DNA of 36,235 nucleotides from IMG/VR virus record IMGVR_UViG_3300033405_000010; one strand, 5' to 3'. Of this stretch, positions 1 to 8,844 are shown piece by piece. Position 1 is the stretch's first letter. Each line of letters begins with the position of its first letter. This DNA comes from an uncultured virus (IMG/VR IMGVR_UViG_3300033405_000010). Taxonomy: Duplodnaviria; Heunggongvirae; Uroviricota; Caudoviricetes. Both the position numbers and the translations under genes were made by a program. The notes under the pieces were generated by a model. It did not search any database, was not told the origin of the DNA, and saw nothing but the letters and a program-made list of their open reading frames with translations.

Positions 1-129
1 GACAACAAGACGATGTACCTGAACGGGGCGAGCATCATCGGCGGGCCGTGGCCCACGAGCCGGACGATGGAACTACTGGACCGGTTCGAAATGGACGTCA
101 AGCGGGCAGTCCAGCGGAGGGACGGATGA
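1..129 (+). CDS. 3' end of hypothetical protein (partial)
   Basis: Frame 1 is open from base 1 (DNKTMYLNG...RRDG*); its TGA overlaps the next ATG (ATGA at 126-129). Confidence 0.55.
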   Translation, partial: DNKTMYLNGASIIGGPWPTSRTMELLDRFEMDVKRAVQRRDG

Positions 130-254
130 AGGCCGTCAAGCCCACCAAGGCACAACTCGCCAGGGCCGTCCCCCTGGTCTACTGCAACAAGCCGACCAAG
201 GACGGACCGTGCGACCGCGAACCCGGCCACAAGGGCCGGTGCCGGGGGTTCTGA
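126..254 (+). CDS. small Cys/His protein (MKAVKP...CNKP..GPCDREPGHKGRC)
   Basis: Coupled to both neighbours (ATGA and TGATG); C..C..GH.G.C pattern. Confidence 0.55.
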   Translation: MKAVKPTKAQLARAVPLVYCNKPTKDGPCDREPGHKGRCRGF

Positions 255-541
255 TGGCGCAGGAGACCTTCGTCGAGTACCTGGCGCGGCTCGACCCGCA
301 GACCGGAGGCGCGTTCGGCGGAATCGGTCAGCCGACCGAGTACCGGGACGCGAAGGGCTTCCCGGTCTACCCCGCCGGCGGAGAGGGAGGCTTCCCGCTC
401 GCATGGTGGGGAGCCTCGCTCAAGACCCGCGATACGACCATCTGCTCTCTCACCCCGGAGGAGCTTGGCTGCGACCCCGGCGAACGCCTCGGCCCGGACG
501 AGCGATGGGAGATGGAACTCCCGTACGAGGTGGATGAATGA
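254..541 (+). CDS. hypothetical protein
   Basis: ATG at 254 overlaps the upstream TGA; ends in an ATGA overlap with the next gene. Confidence 0.7.
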   Translation: MAQETFVEYLARLDPQTGGAFGGIGQPTEYRDAKGFPVYPAGGEGGFPLAWWGASLKTRDTTICSLTPEELGCDPGERLGPDERWEMELPYEVDE

Positions 542-918
542 CGCTCGTGCACGCGGTTCCGGACTACGACCTGGCCGAGGGCCTAATCGTGACCGCTCTC
601 GAAGGCGGGTCGAACTACTGGTACTTTCTGCCCGACATCACGATGATACCGAAGCTGGTCGACCGCCCGAACGGCGACTGCTTGAGCATCCGAATCGCCA
701 AGGCGGTATGGGACGGCGCCACGGTCCCGGTCCAGGACATCGAGGACCGGAGCCCGCTCGGGTCCATCACGAAGGACGGAATCCTCGCCGCGCTCGACCG
801 CATGTACGCATCCAAGTACACGCAGTGCGCGAGCCGAATCGTCGCCGAGGATTACGACGCGGACGACGCGGACGCTTGGTTCCAGTGTGCGGTGATGGGG
901 AAGGTGGTGTACGGATGA
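538..918 (+). CDS. phage-type hypothetical protein (ALEGGSNYW...DADDADAWFQ...GKVVYG)
   Basis: Coupled ORF; the motif pattern resembles a widespread uncharacterised virus protein family (recalled, not searched). Confidence 0.75.
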   Translation: MTLVHAVPDYDLAEGLIVTALEGGSNYWYFLPDITMIPKLVDRPNGDCLSIRIAKAVWDGATVPVQDIEDRSPLGSITKDGILAALDRMYASKYTQCASRIVAEDYDADDADAWFQCAVMGKVVYG

Positions 919-1160
919 CGTGGGTTCAGTACGTCGGAATCGCGTTGGGCGCCATCGGCGTCATCGACTTCGTCGCAAGCGCGACCGCCACGAGCCAGTC
1001 CTGCATCTTCACGGGAGCGCAGTGGGCCTGCCAAACGGTCGCGGACCCATCTACGGTCGGTATGCTCGTCGGCGCCGTGCTGGTCCTTTGCGGAATCATC
1101 TGCATAACGGACAAGCCGAAGAAGGCCGCCCAGCCCGAGGTCCCGCAGGGGGCGGCGTAG
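915..1160 (+). CDS. small two-TM membrane protein
   Basis: ATGA overlap at 915-918; two hydrophobic segments (VGIALGAIGVIDFVA; VGMLVGAVLVLCGIICI) around a Cys-pair loop. Confidence 0.7.
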   Translation: MTWVQYVGIALGAIGVIDFVASATATSQSCIFTGAQWACQTVADPSTVGMLVGAVLVLCGIICITDKPKKAAQPEVPQGAA

Positions 1161-1961
1161 ATGACGTTCGAGGTCGAGCGGGGCTGCGGATACCGCAAGC
1201 CCCACGGCATGTACCTCATCACCCTGGGCCCGGGCGTTTCCTGCGACCGGCTGCCGGTCCCCATCGCTCCATGTGAGTGCTGCGGGTTCGAGCCGAAGCA
1301 GTTCCGCAGTTTCACCTGGGTGCCGGGCAACTGGCTCGGCGACCACCGCGGAGCGGTCGGGACGGTGGACGGCAAGTCCAGCAACCGGCACCGCGGACCG
1401 CGCTGCCCGGACAAGAAGACCGACCCGGTCTGCTCCGGCTCTGGCGAGCCGCGACTGCTCATGTGGGTCGGCCGCAAGTTCTACTCGCCGGACGAGTTCG
1501 CGGCCGAGGCTGCGAAGCTCGGAATCTCGAAGCGCATCCCCGACATCCCGGACGGGCTCGTGGTCGGGAAGACGTGGGTCTTCATGGGTCACCCCGACGC
1601 CTGTCAGGAACCGCTCTCGTGGGCCATGCACTGGCTGTTCGAAGACGGCGAGGTCTACCGGGCGCCCGGCATCTTCCAGGCGTTCGTCCCGCAGGCCATC
1701 GAAATCATCCTGTTCGAGTCCGAGGCGACCGCCGAGCGCATCGCCAAGGAGGAGGCTCGCGGTGTCAAGGTCGTCATCATCCCTGACGGCGCACCGGACG
1801 CGCGAGTGTCCTGGCGGCCCGGGGAGCCGAAGCCGGACCTGACGAATCACGTCCCCATCGACGCACCGCCCCTACCCCCGGTCGCCCCGGTCCCGTCCGA
1901 CCCGGCTGCCGCGAACGAAGGGCTCGCGCCCACCCAGGACTCGACCGCGGAGGTCGAGTGA
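1161..1961 (+). CDS. phage-type hypothetical protein (ERGCGYRKPHGMYL; CECC)
   Basis: Starts immediately after the upstream TAG; 266 aa with Cys motifs and a Pro-rich tail. Confidence 0.75.
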   Translation: MTFEVERGCGYRKPHGMYLITLGPGVSCDRLPVPIAPCECCGFEPKQFRSFTWVPGNWLGDHRGAVGTVDGKSSNRHRGPRCPDKKTDPVCSGSGEPRLLMWVGRKFYSPDEFAAEAAKLGISKRIPDIPDGLVVGKTWVFMGHPDACQEPLSWAMHWLFEDGEVYRAPGIFQAFVPQAIEIILFESEATAERIAKEEARGVKVVIIPDGAPDARVSWRPGEPKPDLTNHVPIDAPPLPPVAPVPSDPAAANEGLAPTQDSTAEVE

Positions 1962-2275
1962 CCATGACCCATCACGATGCCCAGACCCGGAGCCGGGAAC
2001 CTCAGGTCGTCGCTGTCTCTCCGGCGGCGGCCTCTCCACCCCGGCCCCGGGCCGTTACCAAGCGCAAGGGCCACGAGAAGGCCCGGTCCCGGGGCGCTCC
2101 CAAGAAACAACGCCACACCGAAGCGGTCTGCAAAACCTGCGGGAAGCCGGCCGCGCCCGGGACCATCATGTGCGGGATGTGCGTTCAGATGGCGATTCCC
2201 TGGCATAAGTCCCGAGCGCGCAAGAAGAAGGAGATGCTGGTCGAAGAGGAGAATGGAAACGGAGGAGGAAAGTGA
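1958..2275 (+). CDS. basic protein with CxxC..CxxC zinc finger
   Basis: GTGA overlaps on both sides; CKTCGKPAAPGTIMCGMC. Confidence 0.65.
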   Translation: MTMTHHDAQTRSREPQVVAVSPAAASPPRPRAVTKRKGHEKARSRGAPKKQRHTEAVCKTCGKPAAPGTIMCGMCVQMAIPWHKSRARKKKEMLVEEENGNGGGK

Positions 2276-2952
2276 GCGAGCAAGAGAAGCAGAACGAGAC
2301 CGCGCCGAAGTCCCGCGTCCTCGCCCTGGCGCAGCAGATAGACTACGCCAAGCGCGAACAGGACGAGGCCGAGCGCACGCTCGTGAGGTTGAAGACCGAG
2401 TACGAGACGAACCGGCAGAACGCGCTCGCCAAACTCCATCGCGCGCACGACAAGCTCAGCGACCTCTCGAAGGAACTGACGGTCGAGGCAAAGGCGCTGC
2501 ACCAGAGTTTCACGCCGACGCCCGAGCGAGCGGTGGTCCCAGTGAGCGGCGCCGCGCCGCCCGCCAAGCGCCAGAACATGACGAAGGAAGAGGCGGAGCG
2601 CAAGTTCGGACCGGTCACCTGGAAGAAGTCGGCCGGCGACAAGACGCTCTCGCTCCGGCGCGAGTGGTTGCAGTTCATCACCAACCGCCCGGCCACGACC
2701 ATGAAGGAGTTTCAGGAGTGGTTCGTCGCCAAAGGCGGGCCCAGCAAGTCCGCTAGCCCGGTCTTCAACGTACTCAAAGCCTACGCGGAAGAGAAGGGAT
2801 GGCCCGTCACCGGAAAGGGCGGTCGCGGCGACCCGCTGACGATTCGCCACGCCGAGAAGAACGGCATCATCGAGGACCTCGCGGTCGCTGGGACCGCGGA
2901 CAAGGAGCGGCTGATTCAGGAAGCGCGCGCGGCGGAGGAAGCGTCCCGGTAG
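2272..2952 (+). CDS. coiled-coil hypothetical protein
   Basis: GTGA overlap with GGAGG upstream; N-terminal heptad-like helix. Confidence 0.75.
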   Translation: MSEQEKQNETAPKSRVLALAQQIDYAKREQDEAERTLVRLKTEYETNRQNALAKLHRAHDKLSDLSKELTVEAKALHQSFTPTPERAVVPVSGAAPPAKRQNMTKEEAERKFGPVTWKKSAGDKTLSLRREWLQFITNRPATTMKEFQEWFVAKGGPSKSASPVFNVLKAYAEEKGWPVTGKGGRGDPLTIRHAEKNGIIEDLAVAGTADKERLIQEARAAEEASR

Positions 2953-2971
2953 GCGACCGGGGGGTTCGCAG

Positions 2972-3145
2972 ATGCCGACGTTCGCCGTTCAGGCCGAGTA
3001 CGAGGCCCCGGGGAAGTTCAAGACCCTGTGCCTGAAAATCGACTCGATAAGCCTCCATCGGCCCTACGAGGTTCCCGACGTGGTCGAGATTAACGGGGTC
3101 TCCTACTACCGCGTGGTCGTCCGCCCGCCCCAGTTCGGGGTCTGA
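2972..3145 (+). CDS. 57-aa hypothetical protein (MPTFAVQAEYEAPGKFK...)
   Basis: Hand-translated ORF below the track cutoff; fills the gap; G-rich RBS upstream. Confidence 0.55.
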   Translation: MPTFAVQAEYEAPGKFKTLCLKIDSISLHRPYEVPDVVEINGVSYYRVVVRPPQFGV

Positions 3146-3165
3146 CTGGTTCGGGCCGCCGTATC

Positions 3166-3191
3166 AGGTCTCAAATACCGAGGGCCGGGTG
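3166..3191 (+). promoter_or_regulatory. conserved 26-bp putative late promoter, copy 1
   Basis: AGGTCTCAAATA-CCGAGG-GCCGGGTG, followed by 9 nt and the ATG at 3201. Confidence 0.75.
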
Positions 3192-3200
3192 AGCCGGTCG

Positions 3201-4820
3201 ATGAGCGGCTTCCGGCCCCTTCCGCCGCAGAGCGCGCTTACCGGTCAGACCGCCGTCATCGGCAAACCATTTGTCACCGCGTCGCTGACCGGTTACGAGC
3301 AGACCGGATTCGACAACGCGCGGTGCGATTTCGGGCCCGACAGCCCCGGACCGGGGCCTGACGGCTACAGCGTGACGTACGGTCAGGCCGAAGCGGATGC
3401 CTACCTGAACGCCCACGGCACCGGCATCTGCCTCCTGATGAACGGCGCGACCAAGCTCATCGTGCCGTCGACCGGGAACTACTTCCTCACGCCATCGCAG
3501 TTGGGCGCGGCGGCGACATCGCCGCCCTGGAACACGGTTCAGGCCCCGCCGTTCTACACCGTCTCCGCGGTCGGAACCGCGCAGGGCTATCCCAAGAACA
3601 ACTACGCGCAGTACGGGCCCGACAGCGGCGACACCACGAACGGAATCAACTCGGCCCTGGCGAGCGGTTACTCGGTCCTCATCCTGCCCGGCGACTTCAC
3701 CATCTCGGACCCAATCGTCCCCACCACATCGGGCCAGAAGGTCGTGGGCTCCGGGCTTGACTACACCTACATCGGCCTGGCGGACGGTGCGAACTGCGAC
3801 ATGATTGACATCCCGGTCACGGTGGAGGAGACGCTCGTCAGCAGCCTCACGCTCGACGGGACCCGTACGCATCAGAGCGGTGGAACCGCAGCCATCAACG
3901 TCGGTGGGACCGGAGCGGGGGTCGGGAACTGCTGGCGGACGCATCTCCAGGAACTGAAGATTCTGAACGCTTACGGTGACGGCGTCTGGGCCAACAATCC
4001 CGAGGGCGCGTCGAACACCGAGGAACTCCTCCTGGACCACCTCGACATCGAGAACGTCGGCGGCAGCGGAATCGTGGACAACACCGGGGACTCCGACTTC
4101 AACGAGGTCAACATCGGCAGTCCGATGCTGCATGGATGGTACCACACTGGGACGGACGTCCACGCCAGGGACGTCCACGCCTACAACACCGGTGGGAACG
4201 GCTTCCAAATCGAGGGCGGGAACACCGCGCACCTGGTCGACTGCATCGCGGACACCACCGCGAACCACGGCTTCATCATGGACGCCGCGACCGCGGTCCT
4301 CACCAACTGCGTCGCCTACAACTGCGGCTACGCGGCGGCGAACTCGTACAACGCCTACGTCTTCGGCGCGTCGAGCCAGAACAACACGATGCGGGACTGC
4401 ATCGAGACCGACAGCACCGGCAAGACCTGGTACGCGGTCAAGGAGGCCGTCGGCGGCGACTACAATCAGGTTATCGGCGGCAAGATGCAGAACTACACCG
4501 CCGCCAAGGCCGTTGCGCTGACCGGCCTTCACTCCTTCTCCTCGCAGGTCGGCGGTTGGAACCCACAGGGATTCTCGGCTCCCCAGCCCGCGGTCCCGGC
4601 CTCCGCGTCGACGCAGTTCAACTCCTTTGGGTTCAAGACCCGCGTCTCGCTGACCGGTCTGGGCGGCGGGGTCAGCGCGGTCCAAATCACCGACCCGTAC
4701 GGCGGCTCGCGGACGTACACGAATACATGGTACATCGGGGCATGGTGGGAACTTGAGGTCGCCTACGGAATCGCGCTCACGTACGCCGGTTCTCCAACCT
4801 GGGCGTGGGAGGGTCTATGA
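3201..4820 (+). CDS. right-handed beta-helix (pectate-lyase-fold) protein, putative spike/depolymerase
   Basis: DTTNGINSALASG..VLILPGDFTISDPI..GSG followed by Asn/Gly-rich beta-helix rungs. Start 3201 chosen by match to the paralog N-terminus (MSGFRP vs MSFRP). Confidence 0.8.
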   Translation: MSGFRPLPPQSALTGQTAVIGKPFVTASLTGYEQTGFDNARCDFGPDSPGPGPDGYSVTYGQAEADAYLNAHGTGICLLMNGATKLIVPSTGNYFLTPSQLGAAATSPPWNTVQAPPFYTVSAVGTAQGYPKNNYAQYGPDSGDTTNGINSALASGYSVLILPGDFTISDPIVPTTSGQKVVGSGLDYTYIGLADGANCDMIDIPVTVEETLVSSLTLDGTRTHQSGGTAAINVGGTGAGVGNCWRTHLQELKILNAYGDGVWANNPEGASNTEELLLDHLDIENVGGSGIVDNTGDSDFNEVNIGSPMLHGWYHTGTDVHARDVHAYNTGGNGFQIEGGNTAHLVDCIADTTANHGFIMDAATAVLTNCVAYNCGYAAANSYNAYVFGASSQNNTMRDCIETDSTGKTWYAVKEAVGGDYNQVIGGKMQNYTAAKAVALTGLHSFSSQVGGWNPQGFSAPQPAVPASASTQFNSFGFKTRVSLTGLGGGVSAVQITDPYGGSRTYTNTWYIGAWWELEVAYGIALTYAGSPTWAWEGL

Positions 4821-6283
4821 GTTTTCGACCACAGTTCCCACAAAGCACGCTGAACGGCCTGACTGCGGTCATCGGCAAGCCGGTTGTTACGGTCTCCGCG
4901 GTTGGCTTTGACCAGACCGGCTTTGACAACAACCGCTGTGACTTCGGGCCCGACACACCCGGGGCGGGGGACGATGGCTACACCGTGACGAACGGCGTCA
5001 TGGAGGCGGCGACCGCAGCCACCATCGTCGACCTGACGCCCGGGACGTACACGTTCACCGCTCCGGTCGTCCCGCCGCAGCCGGTCAAGTTTTTGGGCAA
5101 GGGCGCCACCGTCGCATGGGACTCCTCCTCGTTCAGCGCGTTCGAGGTCGGTCAGCCGAACGTCGAAATCTACGACCTCGGCTTCAACGGCCTACAGCCG
5201 ACCCCGAGCTACGCGAACGTCGGCTACTACGGCGTCAGCGTCACTGCGAACACCACGAACCTGAAGGTCAAGCGGTGCACCTTCCAGGACATCTACAACA
5301 TCGGAATCGCGGTCGGACGCGACGTCCAGCCCGCCTACCTCCAGAGCGGCGAGTTCACCGCGAACCAGTTCTACGGCGGCAACTCCGCCATCTCCGGAGC
5401 CATGCGGTACTGCCACCTGGAGCGGAACTACATGAGTCAGGTCGGCGTCTTCGCGTTCGAGTTGGACGGCTCGATTGCGGGCGGTTCGTTCGGGAACACA
5501 GTCACGAAGAACACCTTCCTGACGACTGGCTATGGCGCGCCCGGCGGCCTGTACCCGCACGCGGTCCTCGTCTATGAGTCGATGGACAACCTCATCGAAG
5601 GGAACCTCATCGAGGGGACCCTGGGCTCGGCCGGCATCTCGCTCGACCAATCGGCGTTCTACAACCGCATCCTCGGGAACGACGTCAACACCGGGGCGAC
5701 CGATGGCATCTACCTGCGCCAGTGCGACTACGCTATCGTCAGCGGGAACCACTGCTACAACAACGGCCAATCTGGCCCAGGATTCGCTGGCATCCACGTC
5801 GCGTCGGGCGGCGGCTTGAACATCCCCATCCAGTGCGAACTCATCGGCAACGAGCTATTCGATGACCAGGGCCTGCCGACCCACCCGAGCGGTTCGACGA
5901 CCCAGAGTTACGGGGTCACCATCGACTCCGCGTCCGCTGGGCTCCAAATCATCAGCAACAAGTTCTACCACAACCTCACCGCGCCCATCAACAACTATGC
6001 GTACGCGGCGTACGTCGTTTGGAACCAGGGATTCAATCCGCAGGGTTGGGGCATCACGACGCCGTCCCTGCCAGCAGGAACCGGGTCGGCGAACGCGGCC
6101 CCGAACAACAATCCGTTCCCCGTCCGCATCTACTCGAACGGCGGCGTGGACATGCACATCATCGACACGACGCCCGTCGACCACGACATCGGGAGTTCCC
6201 CGGGCGAGGTCACGCTCGACACCGGTTGCTCTATCTACTGGGCAACCGCTGTCCCGGGGACCTGGTCCTGGTACGGGGTCTGA
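4817..6283 (+). CDS. right-handed beta-helix (NosD/pectate-lyase-like) protein, putative spike; paralog of upstream gene
   Basis: ATGA overlap; LTPGTY..; repeated 'NLIEGNLIE', 'NRILGN', 'IVSGNHC' rungs; N- and C-terminal domains shared with 3201-4820. Confidence 0.8.
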   Translation: MSFRPQFPQSTLNGLTAVIGKPVVTVSAVGFDQTGFDNNRCDFGPDTPGAGDDGYTVTNGVMEAATAATIVDLTPGTYTFTAPVVPPQPVKFLGKGATVAWDSSSFSAFEVGQPNVEIYDLGFNGLQPTPSYANVGYYGVSVTANTTNLKVKRCTFQDIYNIGIAVGRDVQPAYLQSGEFTANQFYGGNSAISGAMRYCHLERNYMSQVGVFAFELDGSIAGGSFGNTVTKNTFLTTGYGAPGGLYPHAVLVYESMDNLIEGNLIEGTLGSAGISLDQSAFYNRILGNDVNTGATDGIYLRQCDYAIVSGNHCYNNGQSGPGFAGIHVASGGGLNIPIQCELIGNELFDDQGLPTHPSGSTTQSYGVTIDSASAGLQIISNKFYHNLTAPINNYAYAAYVVWNQGFNPQGWGITTPSLPAGTGSANAAPNNNPFPVRIYSNGGVDMHIIDTTPVDHDIGSSPGEVTLDTGCSIYWATAVPGTWSWYGV

Positions 6284-6292
6284 AGGAAACGC

Positions 6293-6469
6293 ATGAGCAA
6301 GAGACCCGGGCTACTGCGGTCGCTGGCTTGCGCCCTCCTCGGCCATGTGCCGCCCGTCCTCGGGGTCCCAATCGCGGACGAGAACGGCGAGGTCAACGGG
6401 ACGCTGCGGTGGTGTTCCCGTTGCGGCGTTCTCATCGACGCTCCAGGATGGGGCGCGCCGACAGGATGA
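6293..6469 (+). CDS. 58-aa zinc-binding protein (C..LGH...CSRCG; DUF1660-like pattern)
   Basis: Hand-translated MSKRPGLLRSLACALLGH...WCSRCG; AAGGA upstream. Confidence 0.6.
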   Translation: MSKRPGLLRSLACALLGHVPPVLGVPIADENGEVNGTLRWCSRCGVLIDAPGWGAPTG

Positions 6470-6471
6470 GG

Positions 6472-6542
6472 TGCGGGCCGCCGGAATTGCACCGGCCTCC
6501 CTCCGTCTTCAGCGGAGCGTTCTCCTACTGAACCAGGCCCGC
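6472..6542 (-). tRNA. trnF: tRNA-Phe(GAA)
   Basis: GCGGGCC/GGCCCGC acceptor; CTCCG-CT GAA GA-CGGAG; atypical T-loop TGCAATT. Confidence 0.85.
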
Positions 6543-6545
6543 ATA

Positions 6546-6617
6546 TGGGCCCGGCAGGAATCGAACCCGCATCTGACCGGTTAAAGGCCGGCTGCGCGAC
6601 CACTACGCCACGGACCC
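6546..6617 (-). tRNA. trnK: tRNA-Lys(TTT), C33
   Basis: GGGTCCG/CGGGCCC; GCCGG-CC TTT AA-CCGGT; T-loop TTCGATT. Confidence 0.85.
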
Positions 6618-6623
6618 ATGAAG

Positions 6624-6696
6624 TGCTCCCTCCGAGAATCGAACTCGGCCCGCACCGTCGAAGGCGGTGCATCCTCTACCAACAGACTCAGGGAGC
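6624..6696 (-). tRNA. trnE: tRNA-Glu(TTC), C33
   Basis: GCTCCCT/AGGGAGC; CACCG-CC TTC GA-CGGTG; CCGAG-TTCGATT-CTCGG. Confidence 0.8.
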
Positions 6697-6737
6697 GTCT
6701 ACGGTTTGGTAAAGGGCCCGGGGTCACCGAGAATTGG

Positions 6738-6834
6738 GATGTCCACCCGTTCGAGGGGGCCTTCCATCTCCCCGCCGGGGTAGCGGGGTACCACCGGCCG
6801 TACGCCGGGCGACTCGACCGAACGAGCGGACATC
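6738..6834 (-). ncRNA. structured RNA of unknown class upstream of the tRNA cluster
   Basis: 16-bp closing stem GATGTCCGCTCGTTCG/CGAACGGGTGGACATC (its two G-U pairs work only on the minus strand) enclosing two GC hairpins. Confidence 0.5.
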
Positions 6835-6870
6835 GTAAATCCATGAAGTACCTGGGATTTAGCGGTTCCG

Positions 6871-7773
6871 ATGAGACCGCAGGGCATCGTCAACGTCCAC
6901 GAACACTTCCAATCGGTCGCCTGCGTGCCGAAGTACCTGGAGGCGATGGAGGCGGTCGGGGTCAACGCGAGCGTCGCCGTCGGCAGCCCCGAGGCGACCA
7001 TCATGCTCGACCGGTCGGGGTTCGAGCGCGAGACCCACTACAACGAGGTAGTCCTGGAGATTGCGAGGCGGTGGCCGCTGCGGTTCCTCGCCTTCCCGAC
7101 CCTGGACCCGGCCGACACGGACAACGTCGAGCGATTGCGCGGCTACCTCAGGAAGGGCGCCAGTGGCCTCAAGCTGTACGGCGGCCACTCGAACTTTCAC
7201 GGCGAGACGCCCCTCGATTGCCCGTCGATGCTCGGCGTCTACGACCTCTGCGAGAAGGAGGGAATCCCGGTCCTCTTTCACGTCAACTGCGGGAAGTACG
7301 GCGAGGAGTTCCGCCGGGTCCTGTCGGCCTTCCCCAGGATGAAGGTCATCTGTCCGCACTTCTGCCTCTCGACCTCCAACCTCGTCCGCTTCCAGGAGTT
7401 CATGGACAACAACCCAGGGCTCTACACCGACGTGAGCCTGGGGCAGATTGACTTCCTGCGCGATGGGCTCCGCCGCATCTCGAAGAGGCCGCGAGCCTTC
7501 CGCGAGGTGCTCACGAAGTACGCCGACCGCATCCTCTTCGGCACCGACATGGTCGTGACGATGGCGGAGTACAAGACCGCGGCGTGGCTCGCGTGGGTGT
7601 CGGGGACCTACCGGCGGATGATGGAGCGCGAGCACTACCGGTTCGATGGCCTTCGACTGAACGGGCTGGCGCTGGACACGGACGTCCTCATGCAGATATA
7701 CGCCACGAACTTTGACCGCGTTGTTTGGACCGGTTCGCCCCGAGCCACGTCTTATATCGCAACTCCCGGATGA
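6871..7773 (+). CDS. amidohydrolase family (Amidohydro_2-type TIM-barrel metallohydrolase)
   Basis: NVHEH, GLKLY, PVLFH, ICPH, LYTDVS and RILFGTD motifs. Confidence 0.85.
   Translation: MRPQGIVNVHEHFQSVACVPKYLEAMEAVGVNASVAVGSPEATIMLDRSGFERETHYNEVVLEIARRWPLRFLAFPTLDPADTDNVERLRGYLRKGASGLKLYGGHSNFHGETPLDCPSMLGVYDLCEKEGIPVLFHVNCGKYGEEFRRVLSAFPRMKVICPHFCLSTSNLVRFQEFMDNNPGLYTDVSLGQIDFLRDGLRRISKRPRAFREVLTKYADRILFGTDMVVTMAEYKTAAWLAWVSGTYRRMMEREHYRFDGLRLNGLALDTDVLMQIYATNFDRVVWTGSPRATSYIATPG
7747..7772 (+). promoter_or_regulatory. degenerate copy of the 26-bp motif / TATA box
   Basis: ACGTCTTATATC-GCAACT-CCCGGATG has the same bipartite spacing and lies upstream of a leader-bearing gene. Confidence 0.45.
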
Positions 7774-7790
7774 CCGGCACGGGCTAAGCC

Positions 7791-8543
7791 GTGTGGCAGA
7801 ACCTCGTCCGCGTGCGCCGCCGCGACGGCTCGGCGTACCTGGCGTGGGTCCTCCCGAAGTCCAATCCCCTTCCGCAGCAGGTGGAGACACTCCTACTGCA
7901 CGGTCGCAAGGGTCGGAAGAAGGTCGACCGGAACACCTACCTCGTCCAGGAAGGGGATGGCAGCGTCAGCCTCATCCTTCACCAGACGGACGTGGTCCAC
8001 TACTATCCCGACAAACTCGTACTGCGGACCGGGGGCTGGCACACGATGACGACCCGCGACCGCATCGAGCTGGGGCTCCGCCTCGCCCACATCGGCGGCA
8101 GCATCAGCACGACCGGTCGGGGGGTCGGCGGCCCCTGGCTCTACACCGCGACGGATGGGCAGAGGTTCCCGTTCGACGAGGGGCTCGCGCTCGACTACGC
8201 CGGTAAGGTCCTCAACGCGCGCCCTGGCGGTGAAAAGCCCGAGGACACTGCCATCTCCGAGTCCATCGAGCACTACCTGAAGCTGCTGCGGCGAAAGCTC
8301 ATCGACGTCTCCTGGGACCCTGGCACGGACGAGACGCGGTGGACCGGCGACCTGAAGGAGGCCATCGACCGGGATATGTTCCCATACTCGCTCATCATGC
8401 AGGCGATGGAGGACACCGGCTACCGGACGGACTTCTACGGCGACATCCTCCAGGACCCCAACAAGCGCGGTCAGTTCGACGACACGTTCGTCCGCGCGGT
8501 GCGGCGGTACCTGCGGAAGCACATGCTGAGCTTCGCGCACTGA
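7791..8543 (+). CDS. LVRVRRxDG-leader protein carrying a phage-type LHxT...TGGW.T.TT domain
   Basis: N-terminus MWQNLVRVRRRDGSAYLAWVLPKSNP; LHQTDVV..LRTGGWHTMTTRDRI. Confidence 0.8.
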   Translation: MWQNLVRVRRRDGSAYLAWVLPKSNPLPQQVETLLLHGRKGRKKVDRNTYLVQEGDGSVSLILHQTDVVHYYPDKLVLRTGGWHTMTTRDRIELGLRLAHIGGSISTTGRGVGGPWLYTATDGQRFPFDEGLALDYAGKVLNARPGGEKPEDTAISESIEHYLKLLRRKLIDVSWDPGTDETRWTGDLKEAIDRDMFPYSLIMQAMEDTGYRTDFYGDILQDPNKRGQFDDTFVRAVRRYLRKHMLSFAH

Positions 8544-8544
8544 G

Positions 8545-8618
8545 CGGTTCCGCCGGGATTTGAACCCGGACCACGCGGCTGACAACCGCGCATCCTAACC
8601 GGGTTGGACCACGGAACC
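8545..8618 (-). tRNA. trnD: tRNA-Asp(GTC)
   Basis: GGTTCCG/CGGAACC, G73; CGCGG-TT GTC AG-CCGCG. Confidence 0.9.
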
Positions 8619-8624
8619 ATGAGA

Positions 8625-8698
8625 TGCTCCCCGTGGGATTCGAACCCACACACCCCTCGCCGAGAACGAGGTGCGCTTACCGGTTACGCCAGAGGAGC
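8625..8698 (-). tRNA. trnE: tRNA-Glu(CTC)
   Basis: GCTCCTC/GGGGAGC; CCTCG-TT CTC GG-CGAGG. Confidence 0.9.
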
Positions 8699-8745
8699 GG
8701 ACCTATCTCCGGGTCCGCTCGGCCGCTCACGATAGCCGACTGTAG

Positions 8746-8816
8746 TCCGGCCGGCAGGATTCGAACCTGCATGGCTCCGGTCTACAGCCGGGCGCGTCCC
8801 CATCCGCCACGGCCGG
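8746..8816 (-). tRNA. trnY: tRNA-Tyr(GTA), archaeal type
   Basis: CCGGCCG/CGGCCGG (C1:G72), CT GTA GA loop, short variable loop. Confidence 0.9.
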
Positions 8817-8844
8817 ATTGTCATGCGAGCCTTCGAGCCTCCGA

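Noticed and set aside
3189..3200. GTG starts inside the conserved motif (3189, 19434, 31703, 35255) used by the ORF track
   Set aside because: In each case an in-frame ATG lies 9 nt later; at 3201 and 35243 it matches paralog or leader N-termini, so the GTG is taken as part of the motif.
3171..4685. Long antisense ORFs (also 852-1850, 22624-23742, 24013-25308, 25377-26642, 28937-30340)
   Set aside because: Expected shadows in high-GC coding DNA; the opposite frames carry clear motifs and start/stop coupling.
6546..6617. Reading the loop as CT-TTA-A, an ochre suppressor tRNA implying recoding
   Set aside because: The 5-bp stem register gives a 7-nt loop CC-TTT-AA, the body resembles tRNA-Lys(CTT) at 8845, and TAA, TAG and TGA all act as stops in coupled genes.
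6624..6696. Reading as tRNA-Arg(TCG)
   Set aside because: The stem register centres TTC, and the GCTCC acceptor matches tRNA-Glu(CTC) at 8625.
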